Origin: a bacterium
GTDB lineage: Bacteria > JADJOY01
Length of the DNA: 60,720 nt
Assembly (NCBI GenBank): GCA_046331705.1
Contig: JAXLQJ010000018.1
Coordinates: 62,001 to 122,720, forward strand
Reading direction: 5' to 3'
Below the pieces are notes generated by a model. It searched no databases. It saw only the letters and a list, made by a program, of their open reading frames with translations, and had not been told where the DNA came from. Every line of letters begins with the position of its first letter. Position 1 is the first letter of the stretch. The position numbers and the translations under genes were made by a program. This document shows, piece by piece, positions 28,648 to 38,742 of this stretch.

Positions 28648-29466
28648 TCACGAGTCGAGGATTCGCAGGGCGGCGCGGGCCGCCTTGCGCAAGCGCGGAT
28701 CGGGATCGCGCACGACACGCTCGAGCGTGCCGCGCGTCCGATCACGCGCGCCTTCCCCCGGCTCGCGCGAGGCGATCTTCGCGAGCGCGGCCGCGGCGGC
28801 GCGTCGCACGCCGGGTCGCGGGTCGGTCTCCACCAGCGCCAGCACGGCGGACGCCGTCCGCGCCGAGGGGTCGCGCCCCGTGCTCGCCGCCGCGAGCGCG
28901 GCGAGCCGCACGTTCGCGTCGGGGTCGCCGAGCGCCTCGAGCACCGTCTCCGCGAGCGCCTCGGACGGGACGTCCCAATCGCGCACGCTGTAGAGCGCCA
29001 TGCGCCGCAGCGTGGGGCTCGGGGCGCGGGTCGCCGCGAGCAAGGCCGCGGCGGCGCTGGCGGTCTGCTGGCCCACCAATCGCAGCGCGTGGTGGGCCGA
29101 CCAGCGGACCTCGCTGCTCGCATCGCCGAGCGCCTCGATCAGCACCGGCACCAACCGCGATGCGCGCGCTCCGAGCCGCGCCAGCGTGAACGCGGCGACC
29201 CGGCGGACCGCGGCATCGCTGGCCTCGAGGCGATCGCGCAGCCGCGCCTCGATTCGCGGCTCGACGGGCGCGAAGCGGACCAGCTCGTCCGCGGCGGCGC
29301 GCTGGACGAGCGCGGCGCGCTCGTCCAGGCAAGCGAGCAGCTGGTCCAGCAGCTCACGCGGCAGCGGTGCCGCCGGCGCGTGCTCCCGCGCACGGGCCAA
29401 TATCTGCCGTGGATCCGAGGGCGAGCGCGGAAGTGTTTCGCTCGGGCTGGGCAGGGTCGGCGGCAT
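28648..29466 (-). CDS. HEAT/PBS-lyase repeat protein
   Basis: Repeated L.D....VR..A..AL units. Confidence 0.8.
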   Translation of the reverse strand: MPPTLPSPSETLPRSPSDPRQILARAREHAPAAPLPRELLDQLLACLDERAALVQRAAADELVRFAPVEPRIEARLRDRLEASDAAVRRVAAFTLARLGARASRLVPVLIEALGDASSEVRWSAHHALRLVGQQTASAAAALLAATRAPSPTLRRMALYSVRDWDVPSEALAETVLEALGDPDANVRLAALAAASTGRDPSARTASAVLALVETDPRPGVRRAAAAALAKIASREPGEGARDRTRGTLERVVRDPDPRLRKAARAALRILDS

Positions 29467-29591
29467 GACGAGCGGCGCGCGGCCGCGAACGGTCGCTCGG
29501 CGAACGAGCTTGACGGAACGAGAATGACGAGGTCAATACGGCCGGCCCGGCGACTCGTCCAGCCGTCGCCGGCCACCCCATCGAGGCGCTC

Positions 29592-32500
29592 ATGACCGAT
29601 CGCGCAGACGCTTCCCACGGCGCATTCCCCGCCGAGCCTCCCAGCACCGAGACCATCCTCGGCAAGGTCGCACCGGGCGTCCTCGGCGACGCCGAGAGCG
29701 CGCGCTGCTTCCTCGCGCTGCTACTCGGCGAACGCTTCGCGCAACGCCATCGCGGCATCGATCCGAACCGCTTGCAGCGCGCCGTCGACGAGGATCAGCG
29801 CCTGCTCGCGGACCCACCCGGCGCCGTCGGCCGCGCGTGCGTGAGCGAGCCGGGCGTCGACTCGGTCTTCCCCGACTGCGCCGTGCTGCGCACCCACACG
29901 CGCGACGTGCCGTACCTGGTCGAGAGCCTGCGGCAGCTCCTCGACGAGCGCGGCTTCACGCCGCGGCTCGTGCTTCATCCCATCTTCGGCGTGGACCGAA
30001 ACGCCGCGGGGCGCGTGCGTTCGATCCGACCGGCGAGCACCGAGCCGGACACCGCTCGTCACGAGTCGCTCATCCACATCGAGGCGGAGGGCTCCACGGC
30101 GCAGGCCCGCGCCGAGCTCGAGCGCGCGGCGCTCGACGTGCTGACGGCGGCCCACGCCGCGTCCGCCGACCGCGACGCCATTCGCCATCGCATGGCTGGG
30201 CTGATCGCGACGGAGATCGGGCTGCCGGAAAGCGCTCCGCCGCCCGGCCCCAACCTGATGCCCGCGGAGACGGTGGTGGACTTCCTGCGCTGGCTGCTCG
30301 ACGACAACTTCGTGTTCCTCGGCGCCCGCACCTACGAGTCGGTGGCCGTCGACGGCACGCTTTGCGCCGCGGTTCGGCGCGGCAGCGGCCTCGGGCTGCT
30401 CGCCGACGATGCCTCGAGCGCCTTCGCGAAGCCGCGCGCGATCCACGAGCTCGACCCCGAGGTCCGCGCCCGGGTGCTGCTCGAGCGCCGGCTGGTGCTC
30501 GACAAGACCAACCGCTCGAGCCCCATCCACCGGCGCGTGCCGATGGACGCGGTGAGCCTGCGCTTCTTCGACGCCGGCCGCTTCGCGCGCGAGGAGCGCT
30601 TCGTGGGGCTCTACACCCGCAAGGCGCTCTTCGAGCAGCCCACCGCGATCCCGATCCTGCGCACCAAGCATCGCCGCATGCTGGATCGCGCGGGCGTCAT
30701 CGAAGGCTCGTTCGACGAGCGCGAGCTCACCGCGCTCTTCAACGCGCTGCCCAAGGAGGAGCTCTTCCTCAACGATCCCGACGCGATCCTGAGCGGCATC
30801 CGCACGCTGCTCGACGCGTACGCCCAGGACACCCTCAAGCTCGTGCTGCGTCCCACCTTCAGCGGGCGTCTGCTCGCGATCGGGATGGCGTTGCCCGATC
30901 GCTACTTCAGCGCCGAGGGCCTCGACGCGGTGGTGGCGCACCTGGAGCAGCGGCTCGGTTCGAGCGTGCTGGAGCGGCGCGAGACGCGCGGCGAGCCGGG
31001 CTTTCGGCAGGTCTATCTCTATGCCGCAGCGCGGCCCGGCGCCGCCGCTCCCGATCCGGCGGCGCTCGAGGCCGAGGTCCTGGCGCTCGTCAAGCCGTGG
31101 CCGGAGCGGCTCACCGACGCGTTGCCGAGCGAGCTGGACCCGATCTGGGAGCGCGCGTTCCCGGACGCCTACCAGGACCTGGTGCCCGTCTCGCGCGCGG
31201 TCGCGGACGTGACGCTGCTCGCGTCGCTCGCCGACGACCAGCCCTTCGCGATCGGCGCGGTCCACCCCGGCGATCCCGACGGCGGCGACCCCACCGCCAC
31301 CTTGCTGCGCATCGCGCACCGCCAGCCGCTCACGCTCGGGCGCATGATGCCCGTGCTCCACAACCTGGCGCTCGAGGTGATCGACGAGGCGGCGTTCCGG
31401 GTGACCCCCGCGGGCCGTGCGCCGCTGCACCTCCACGTGTTCCGCGTGCGTGGGCGCAAGGGCGAGCTTCTCGATCCCGGAGTGGTCGACGCCGCGGTGC
31501 TCGAAGGGCTGGCGCGCGTCCTCGAAGGGCGAAGCGAGAACGATCCGCTCAACGGGCTCATGACCGCCGCGGGGCTCTCGTGGCGACAGGTGTGGATCGT
31601 CCGCGCGTACGTCCACCACGCGTTCCAGCTCGGGCTCTTCCCGTCGCGCGCGACGGCGGCGGCGAGCCTGGTGGGTCAGGCATCGCTGGCGCGCAGCCTC
31701 GTGCGCTGGTTCGAGACCCGCTTCGATCCCGACTCGCCCGACGCCGAGCGCCGCGCCGCCGAGAGCGAGATCGGCGCGGAGCTCGCGCGAGCGATCGAGG
31801 CCCTCGAGGACCCCACCGACTACAAGGTCTTCAAGGCGCTACGCGACCTGGTGGCCGCCACGGTGCGCACCAACCATTTCCGCGCACCGGGCGAGCGCAG
31901 CCGCGCGCTGGCGCTCAAGCTCGAGCCCGCGACGCTCGCGGGAGTGCCGCGCCCCGCGCCCAAGCACGAGATCTTCGTGCAGGCGCCGGGCATGGAGGGC
32001 GTACACCTGCGCGGCGGCGACGTGGCGCGCGGCGGAATCCGGTTCTCCGATCGTCCCGACGATTACCGCACCGAGATCCTCGGCCTCATGAAGACCCAGA
32101 TGGTCAAGAACGCGATCATCGTGCCGGTGGGCGCCAAGGGCGGGTTCATCCTCACGGCGCCGCCCGCCGATCGCAAGGCGCTCGCGGACGCGGCGCTCGA
32201 GGCCTATCGCACCTTCATCGGCGCGTTGCTCGACGTGACCGACGATCGCGACGGCGAGCGCGTGGTGCCGCCCGAGCGGGTGGTTCGGCTCGATCGCGAC
32301 GATCCCTATCTGGTGGTGGCCGCCGACAAGGGCACGGCGGCCTACTCGGACGTCGCCAACGCGATCGCGATCGAACGCGGCTTCTGGCTCGGCGACGCGT
32401 TCGCGTCCGGCGGCAGCCGTGGCTACGACCACAAGAAGCTCGGCATCACCGCGCGCGGCGCCTGGGAATGCGCGAAGACGTCGTTCTGGGAGCTGGGGCT

Positions 32501-34409
32501 CGACCCGGAACGCGATCCGATCACCGTGGTGGGCATCGGCGATCCGTCCGGCGACGTGTTCGGCAACGGCCTCTTGCGCAGCCGTACGCTCCTGCTGGTG
32601 GGCGCCTTCAATCACCGCCACGTGTTCCTCGATCCCAACCCCGACCCCGAGCGCTCGTTCCGCGAACGCGAGCGTTGCTTCCAGGCGGCGCTCGGCTGGG
32701 ACGGCTACGACGTGGCCACCGTCTCCGCGGGCGGCGGCGTCTTCGCCCGCCGCAGCCGCGCGATCCCCATCCCCGCGGGGCTGCGCCCGCTGCTCGGCAC
32801 CGATCGCGACACCGCGTCCGGCGAGGAGCTGATCCGCCTGCTGCTCACGGCGAAGGTCGATCTGCTCAGCAACGGCGGGATCGGCACCTACGTGAAGGCC
32901 TCGACCGAGTCGAACGCCGACGTGGGCGACAAGACCAACGACGCGGTGCGCGTGGACGCCTCGCAACTGCGCTGCAAGGTGGTGGCGGAGGGCGGGAACC
33001 TGGGCTTCACGCAAGCGGCGCGCTGCGAGCTCGCGGCGCTCGGTGGACGCATCCACACCGATGCCATCGACAACTCGGGCGGCGTGGACTGCTCCGATCA
33101 CGAGGTCAACCTGAAGATCGCCCTCGCCACCGCGCGCGCCCGCGGCGAGATCGATCTCGCCGCCGAGACCCAGGCGCTCGTCGACGCCACCGAGGAGGTG
33201 TGCGAGCAAGTCCTGGAGGACAACCGGCTGCAGAGCCTGGTGCTCGCGTACGACCAGCGGCGCAGCCGCGCGCTCTTCGACGTCTACCAGGACATGATCG
33301 GCCGGCTCGCGGCCACCGGCCACCTCGACGCCGAGCGCGAGGGCTTCGCCAAACGCGAGCTCAAGAACCAGCGCGGCGAGGGCCATGGCTTCTTCAAGCC
33401 ACAGCTCGCGGTGCTGCTCGCCCACGAGAAGCGCCGCATCTACGACGCGTTGATCCGCGGCAGCCTGATCGATCGACCGGCGCTCTCCTCGCTCCTCACC
33501 GGCTATTTCCCGCCCTCCGTCGAGCGCTCGATCCCTCGGGCGGTGGCGGCGCACCCGCTGCGGCGCGAGATCGTCGCCACCGCGCTCTCGAATCGGGTCG
33601 TGAACCGATCCGGCCTCACGATGGTGAGCGAGCTCGAAGCGGCGAGCGGCGCCGACGTGGAGACGGTGGTGGGCGCCTGGTTCGTCGCCGTCGCCGTGCT
33701 GGGCGCCGACGAGCTCGCGGAGCGGATCGCGGCGCTGCGCTCGGCGAGCCCGCGGCTCGACGCGGCGACGGTGCTGGCGCTGGTCGAGCGCGTGAATCGA
33801 CGGCTGGCGAGCGCCGTGTCGTGGAACGTGGCGCGGGGGCGGTGCGTCCTGCCGATCGCCGACGAGCTCGCCGCGACCCGGGCGCGTGCGGCGGCCCACG
33901 CCCGCTCGGTGGCGAGCCTGCGCAGCGCCGAGGAGAGCGAGGTCCGCGCCCGCGAGACCGAGTCGCTCCGCGCCGCCGGCATCCCCGGGGAGGTGATCGA
34001 CGCGCTCGCGACGTTCGACGATCTCGCCTCGTTCTTCGTGATCGAGGCGCTGACCCAGGATACCGGCGCGTCCTCGGAGCTCGCGCTCTCGGTCCACACC
34101 TCCGTGGACGCCGGGCTCAGGCTCGGCGACCTGCGAGCCTTCGTCGAGCGCACGCCGGTCGCCGATCCCTGGGATCGTCAGGCCGCACGGCGCATCCTCG
34201 ACCAGCTCGAGAGCGCACGTTTCCGCATCGCCGCGCGCTTGCTCGCGGGCGCGCCGCCGCGCACCGTGGAGGGCCTGGTGCGCGATCCCCGGCCCGCCGT
34301 GCGCTTCTACCTGGATGCCATCGAGCGGTTGCGGGCCATCGGCTCGCCCCGGAACCTCCACCCGGCGTTCCTCGCCGTCCAGGCGCTGCAAGAGCTCGCA
34401 GCCGAATGA
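29592..34409 (+). CDS. gdhB: Large NAD-specific glutamate dehydrogenase (GDH2 type)
   Basis: 1605 aa; EGVHLRGG.VARGGIRFSDR, Q.VKNAIIVPVGAKGGF, DDPYLVVAADKGTA, DAFASGGS.GYDHK, AEGGNLG.TQ, DAIDNSGGVDCSDHEVNLKI. Confidence 0.95.
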   Translation: MTDRADASHGAFPAEPPSTETILGKVAPGVLGDAESARCFLALLLGERFAQRHRGIDPNRLQRAVDEDQRLLADPPGAVGRACVSEPGVDSVFPDCAVLRTHTRDVPYLVESLRQLLDERGFTPRLVLHPIFGVDRNAAGRVRSIRPASTEPDTARHESLIHIEAEGSTAQARAELERAALDVLTAAHAASADRDAIRHRMAGLIATEIGLPESAPPPGPNLMPAETVVDFLRWLLDDNFVFLGARTYESVAVDGTLCAAVRRGSGLGLLADDASSAFAKPRAIHELDPEVRARVLLERRLVLDKTNRSSPIHRRVPMDAVSLRFFDAGRFAREERFVGLYTRKALFEQPTAIPILRTKHRRMLDRAGVIEGSFDERELTALFNALPKEELFLNDPDAILSGIRTLLDAYAQDTLKLVLRPTFSGRLLAIGMALPDRYFSAEGLDAVVAHLEQRLGSSVLERRETRGEPGFRQVYLYAAARPGAAAPDPAALEAEVLALVKPWPERLTDALPSELDPIWERAFPDAYQDLVPVSRAVADVTLLASLADDQPFAIGAVHPGDPDGGDPTATLLRIAHRQPLTLGRMMPVLHNLALEVIDEAAFRVTPAGRAPLHLHVFRVRGRKGELLDPGVVDAAVLEGLARVLEGRSENDPLNGLMTAAGLSWRQVWIVRAYVHHAFQLGLFPSRATAAASLVGQASLARSLVRWFETRFDPDSPDAERRAAESEIGAELARAIEALEDPTDYKVFKALRDLVAATVRTNHFRAPGERSRALALKLEPATLAGVPRPAPKHEIFVQAPGMEGVHLRGGDVARGGIRFSDRPDDYRTEILGLMKTQMVKNAIIVPVGAKGGFILTAPPADRKALADAALEAYRTFIGALLDVTDDRDGERVVPPERVVRLDRDDPYLVVAADKGTAAYSDVANAIAIERGFWLGDAFASGGSRGYDHKKLGITARGAWECAKTSFWELGLDPERDPITVVGIGDPSGDVFGNGLLRSRTLLLVGAFNHRHVFLDPNPDPERSFRERERCFQAALGWDGYDVATVSAGGGVFARRSRAIPIPAGLRPLLGTDRDTASGEELIRLLLTAKVDLLSNGGIGTYVKASTESNADVGDKTNDAVRVDASQLRCKVVAEGGNLGFTQAARCELAALGGRIHTDAIDNSGGVDCSDHEVNLKIALATARARGEIDLAAETQALVDATEEVCEQVLEDNRLQSLVLAYDQRRSRALFDVYQDMIGRLAATGHLDAEREGFAKRELKNQRGEGHGFFKPQLAVLLAHEKRRIYDALIRGSLIDRPALSSLLTGYFPPSVERSIPRAVAAHPLRREIVATALSNRVVNRSGLTMVSELEAASGADVETVVGAWFVAVAVLGADELAERIAALRSASPRLDAATVLALVERVNRRLASAVSWNVARGRCVLPIADELAATRARAAAHARSVASLRSAEESEVRARETESLRAAGIPGEVIDALATFDDLASFFVIEALTQDTGASSELALSVHTSVDAGLRLGDLRAFVERTPVADPWDRQAARRILDQLESARFRIAARLLAGAPPRTVEGLVRDPRPAVRFYLDAIERLRAIGSPRNLHPAFLAVQALQELAAE

Positions 34410-34535
34410 CCGCGGGCGAGCGCCGAACGCCCCGCATCTGTGTAGACTGACGCGCTGCGTTGTGGAGGGCCCGACGACGGCGCCGCGCCGTTGCGCGCGG
34501 TGGTCACGCGCCGTGGGTTCCAAGGGGGACGAGAC

Positions 34536-35660
34536 ATGATCATCATCATGACGCCAGGCATCCAAGCGGCGAGCGCGGAAGTCGAAGAGGTCGTGCGCCA
34601 GGCGCGCAAGCACAAGGACATCCGCACCGACATCCACGAGGTCCTCGGCACCACGCGCAGCGTGACCGAGATCTACCTGATCGGGCCCACCGCCACCGTG
34701 CCCTCCGACGACTTCGCCGCGTTGCCCGGCGTGGAGCGGGTGATCCGCGTCTCCGACCGCTACAAGGTGATCGGGCGTCACCGCGGGCTGGTCGAGGTGA
34801 TGGGCTTCGAGTACCGCGGCATCACCTTCAGCCAGGACTCCTTCCACGTCTTTCCGGGGCTCTGCGCCGTGGACACCCGGGAGCACGTCGACCAGACGTT
34901 CGCGGCCCTCGCCCGGCACGGCATCCGCACCTCGCGCATGGGCGCTTACAAGCCGCGCACCAGCCCCTACGACTTCCAGGGGCACGGGAAGGAGTGTCTG
35001 CCGTACGTGTTCGAGCTGGCCGGCAAGCACGGCGTGCAGGTGATCGCCATGGAGGTCACCACCGCGCGCCACCTCGACGAGGTGCGCGACGCGCTGCGCG
35101 CCAGTGGCGACGCCACCGGCGTGATGCTCCAGATCGGCACCCGCAACGCTCAGAACTTCGAGCTCCTGAAGGAGGTCGGCCAGCAGCGCGAGCTGCCGGT
35201 GCTCGTGAAGCGCGGCATGGGCATCACGCTGGAAGAGTCGCTCAACGCGTGCGAGTACATCGCCAGCGAGGGCAACCGCTCCATCGCGTTCTGCCTGCGG
35301 GGTGTGAAGAGCCATCTCGGCGACCCGCACCGGAACCTGGTCGACTTCGCGCACGTGCCGGCCGTGAAGCGGCTGACCCGCATGCCGGTGTGCGTCGATC
35401 CTTCGCACTCGGTGGGCGGCCGCATGGAAGGGGCCGACGGCCTGCTCGACATCTTCCACGCCACCGCGCAGGGCGTGATCGCCGGGGCGAACATGGTGCT
35501 GGTGGATTTCCACCCGCTGCCGAGCAAGGCGCTCTGCGATGGGCCGCAGGCGCTCACCCTCGACGAGCTCCCCGGCTTCCTCGAGGACGTGGCGATCGCG
35601 CGCGAGGCATACGAGAAACGCGTCGCACGCGTACGCGGCGTGGCGGCGCGCGCCGCATGA
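34536..35660 (+). CDS. aroF: 3-deoxy-7-phosphoheptulonate (DAHP) synthase, type I-beta with N-terminal regulatory domain
   Basis: GAYKPRTSPYDFQG, QIGTRNAQNF, KRG, VDPSH, CDGPQAL. Confidence 0.9.
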   Translation: MIIIMTPGIQAASAEVEEVVRQARKHKDIRTDIHEVLGTTRSVTEIYLIGPTATVPSDDFAALPGVERVIRVSDRYKVIGRHRGLVEVMGFEYRGITFSQDSFHVFPGLCAVDTREHVDQTFAALARHGIRTSRMGAYKPRTSPYDFQGHGKECLPYVFELAGKHGVQVIAMEVTTARHLDEVRDALRASGDATGVMLQIGTRNAQNFELLKEVGQQRELPVLVKRGMGITLEESLNACEYIASEGNRSIAFCLRGVKSHLGDPHRNLVDFAHVPAVKRLTRMPVCVDPSHSVGGRMEGADGLLDIFHATAQGVIAGANMVLVDFHPLPSKALCDGPQALTLDELPGFLEDVAIAREAYEKRVARVRGVAARAA

Positions 35661-35688
35661 CTCCCTCCTCGCCGGATCGGCAGCGCTC

Positions 35689-36780
35689 GTGACCACCACC
35701 AGGCCCCCCTCCCCGCGCGCCAAGCGCCGGGCCGCCGTCGCCGCGAAGCCGCGGTCCGGGCGCGTCCGGGCGACTGCCGCGGCGCCGGCCGCACCGACCA
35801 AGCCGCGGCTGCTCCGCTGGGAGCACGTCACCAAGGACGATTTCGATCGCATCGATCGCGGCGAGGCGCTGGTGCTGGTCGCCGTCTCGCCGCTCGAGGT
35901 CCACGGGCCACACCTGCCGCTCGGCACCGACGCGCTCGAGGCCGAGGGTCTGATGCTGCGGCTCGTCGAGCTCTTGCCCGAGCGCCACCGCGAGCGGACG
36001 GCGCTGGCGCTTCCCATGGTGTACGCGGCGGCGGACGCGGTGCCGCAACCCGGATCGCTGCGTTTCTCGACCGGCACCACCGTGCGCGTCCTGACCGAGC
36101 TCGGGACGACGCTCGCGATGCAAGGGTTCCGCAACATCGTGGTGTCCAACTTCCACGGCTCGCCGCGGCATTTCATCGCGCTGGAAGCGGCGTGCGAGAA
36201 CGTGAATCGCCGGCATCCCGGCACCCGCATGGTGAGCGTCTTCTCGGTGCTGGTGGACCGGCTCACCGGCGGTTCCGCGCAGCTCGAGCGGTTTTCCGAC
36301 GGGTTCACGTGCTTCACGCCTGGCGATCTCGAAGGCGATACCCACGCCGGCGTGATCGAGACCGGCATGATGCTGGCGCTCCACGCCGAGCGCGTCAGCC
36401 CCCGCTATCGGGAGCTACCGCGCAAGACCGTGAAGGAATGGGCGGCGCGCCGCGGCTTCGACGCGGGCGCGCTCGACCCGCAGGCGCGCGCCGGCAAGAC
36501 CGGCTTCCGCGCGATGCTCGAGGTGTGGAAACCCAATCTTCACTACTGGCTTCACGAGACCTACGCGGGAAACCCGAGCCTCGCCACCACGCGCAACGGC
36601 CGCGAGGTGCTCGACACCCTCGCCGCGAAAGGCGCCGAGGTCGTGGCCGAGCTCCTGGACGGCAAGCTCGACCCGCTCCGAGCCCACTCGCCGCTCTGGC
36701 CCAAGCGCTTCTTGTTCCTGAACCCGTGGGTCGGTCGGCTCGTCGAAGCGTATTTCCGCTACCCGCACCCGATCGGTTGA
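35689..36780 (+). CDS. Creatininase/amidohydrolase family protein
   Basis: E.HGPHLPLGTD, N.HG and HAG..ET metal-binding motifs; start uncertain. Confidence 0.85.
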   Translation: MTTTRPPSPRAKRRAAVAAKPRSGRVRATAAAPAAPTKPRLLRWEHVTKDDFDRIDRGEALVLVAVSPLEVHGPHLPLGTDALEAEGLMLRLVELLPERHRERTALALPMVYAAADAVPQPGSLRFSTGTTVRVLTELGTTLAMQGFRNIVVSNFHGSPRHFIALEAACENVNRRHPGTRMVSVFSVLVDRLTGGSAQLERFSDGFTCFTPGDLEGDTHAGVIETGMMLALHAERVSPRYRELPRKTVKEWAARRGFDAGALDPQARAGKTGFRAMLEVWKPNLHYWLHETYAGNPSLATTRNGREVLDTLAAKGAEVVAELLDGKLDPLRAHSPLWPKRFLFLNPWVGRLVEAYFRYPHPIG

Positions 36781-36843
36781 GACCGCCACGGGCGGCTGCG
36801 CGTGCTGGCCGCCGCGCGGCGGCGTGGGCTCAGCCCGAAAACC

Positions 36844-37536
36844 TCAGCCGGCACGCGGCGGGACCGACGCCTGGAAATTGAACGTGAGCTCGCCGCCGAC
36901 CTGGATGGCCAGGGGCGGGACCACCACCATGGTGGGCGGGATCGGTCCGTCGAAATCGGTCAAGGTGGCGAGACCATCGCTGGGATCGTAGGCGAACGTG
37001 CCCGTCATCGAGACACCGACCGGCGTCGTCGTGTGCGCCACCAGCAGGCTGTTCAGATAGATCGAGCTTTCGACCTCCACGGAAGCCCGCACCTGGACCA
37101 GGCCGGTCACGGGATCGACCGATCCGATGATCGCCGCGCCGCCAGCGAGCCGGCCGACGTGCACGTCCTTGGCGTCGATCTGGATCAGCGGCGCGACGTC
37201 GAAGTGGACGTCGCTGCCGCGAAGATCCAGGTCGGTGAGCTCGAGGAGGTTCACCGTGGGCGTGAAGCTGAAGTCGATGGTGCTCTCCGGCTGAAGGTAG
37301 GTCGTTCCCGATACGTGCGTGGTGCCGAGCGAGAGCGTCAGATCCGCCTGATTGACGAGCGCTTCGACCGGCACGGCGGTGCCCGCCACGGGCGTGCAGC
37401 CGACTCCGGCGAGCGCGCCGCACGCCGCGAGGCACGCGGCGCTCACCCACGCGCCCCGCGAGCGCGCGGATCGGGTTCGATTCGAGACGAAGCGAGCGAG
37501 GTATCGAGCGCTCGACCTCACGGATTCCCCCATCAC
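36844..37536 (-). CDS. Hypothetical beta-rich lipoprotein
   Basis: Hydrophobic leader ending LAGVGC; mature region has coding-like composition; start uncertain. Confidence 0.6.
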   Translation of the reverse strand: MMGESVRSSARYLARFVSNRTRSARSRGAWVSAACLAACGALAGVGCTPVAGTAVPVEALVNQADLTLSLGTTHVSGTTYLQPESTIDFSFTPTVNLLELTDLDLRGSDVHFDVAPLIQIDAKDVHVGRLAGGAAIIGSVDPVTGLVQVRASVEVESSIYLNSLLVAHTTTPVGVSMTGTFAYDPSDGLATLTDFDGPIPPTMVVVPPLAIQVGGELTFNFQASVPPRAG

Positions 37537-37710
37537 CGCCTCCGCTGACGGCGTCGATCGCCCACGAGCGCGACCTCGCGGCGATGATCCGCCCGAAGCG
37601 GTGTACGGGTCAATCGATGCGGCCCGCCGCGTCGCGCGCGCTCGCTCCGTCGCTCGTCGCCGCGGCGCGCCTCATTCGCGCGCGGGCTCGGCGTACGCTA
37701 GTTTCGACGC

Positions 37711-38682
37711 ATGGCGGGCGAGCGCATCCTGGTGGCCGACGATCTCGAGCTGAACCGGATCTTGCTGCGGGAGATGCTCGAAGCCGAGGGCTACAGCGTC
37801 GCGGAGGCGGTCGACGGCAACGACGCCATCGCCGCGGTCGAGCGCGACCCGCCGGACCTGCTGCTGCTCGACGCGGTCATGCCGGATCGCGACGGCTTCT
37901 CGGTCTTGCGCTCGCTCAAATCGGACCCGCGCACGCGCCTGGTGCCGATCATCATGATCACGGCGCTCACCGAGCTCGACGACAAGCTGCTCGCGGTGTC
38001 GCTCGGCGTCGACGACTTCCTCACCAAGCCCATCAACGCCGTCGAGCTGCGCACGCGCGTGCGCTCGCTGCTCTCGCTCAAGCGGTTCACCGACGAGCTC
38101 GAGCACGCCTCCCAGGTGCTCGAGTCGCTGGCCATCGCCATCGAGCAGCGCGACGGCTACACGGGCCAGCATTGCAGGCGCGTCGGACGCTACGCCCAGC
38201 GCGTCGGGCGCGAGCTGGGGCTCGACGCCATGGCGCTCGAGGTGCTGCGCCTGGGCGGCGTCTTCCACGACATCGGCAAGATCACGGTGCCGGACGAGAT
38301 CCTGCGCAAGGAGGACTCGCTCGATCCTCGCGAGCGCGCGGCGATGGCGCGCCACGTCGAGGCGGGCGCCGCGATCTGCGCGCCGATGCGCACCTTGCGC
38401 AAGGTGATCCCCGTGATCCGCCACCATCACGAGCGGCTCGACGGCAGCGGTTACCCCGACGGGCTGACCGGCGGCGCGATCCCGATCGCGGTTCGCATCG
38501 TGACCGTCGTCGACATCTTCGACGCGCTCTCGACGCGCCGCCCCTATCGGGACGCCGTCAGCCCGGAGCGCGCGCTCGAGACGCTGCGCGCCGAGGCGGC
38601 CGGTGGCTGGTGGGATGCCGAGATCGTCGAGGTGTTCGCGCGCATCCTGGCGCGCGACGGCATCGATCCCGAGCAAGGCTGA
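37711..38682 (+). CDS. Response regulator REC + HD-GYP cyclic di-GMP phosphodiesterase (RpfG family)
   Basis: ILVADD, LLLDAVMP, TKP; FHDIGK, HHERLDGSGYP, DIFDAL...RPY. Confidence 0.93.
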   Translation: MAGERILVADDLELNRILLREMLEAEGYSVAEAVDGNDAIAAVERDPPDLLLLDAVMPDRDGFSVLRSLKSDPRTRLVPIIMITALTELDDKLLAVSLGVDDFLTKPINAVELRTRVRSLLSLKRFTDELEHASQVLESLAIAIEQRDGYTGQHCRRVGRYAQRVGRELGLDAMALEVLRLGGVFHDIGKITVPDEILRKEDSLDPRERAAMARHVEAGAAICAPMRTLRKVIPVIRHHHERLDGSGYPDGLTGGAIPIAVRIVTVVDIFDALSTRRPYRDAVSPERALETLRAEAAGGWWDAEIVEVFARILARDGIDPEQG

Positions 38683-38742
38683 GGGCGTCGTCCCGATCGC
38701 GACCGGCGCCGAGCGGCGCCGTACACGAACGCGAAGCCGCGC

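Noticed and set aside
31839-36368. 1509-aa antisense ORF, plus the 1537-aa off-frame ORF 29837-34450, over GDH/DAHP synthase
   Set aside because: Shadow ORFs caused by stop-codon scarcity in high-GC DNA; Arg/Ala/Gly-rich with no motifs, while the real frames carry clear family signatures
35689-36780. Creatininase as mycofactocin MftE or a RiPP peptidase
   Set aside because: No precursor peptide, radical SAM or RRE genes nearby
37465-37500. GGTTCGATTC resembling a tRNA T-loop
   Set aside because: No cloverleaf or acceptor stem; it lies inside or at the start of a CDS
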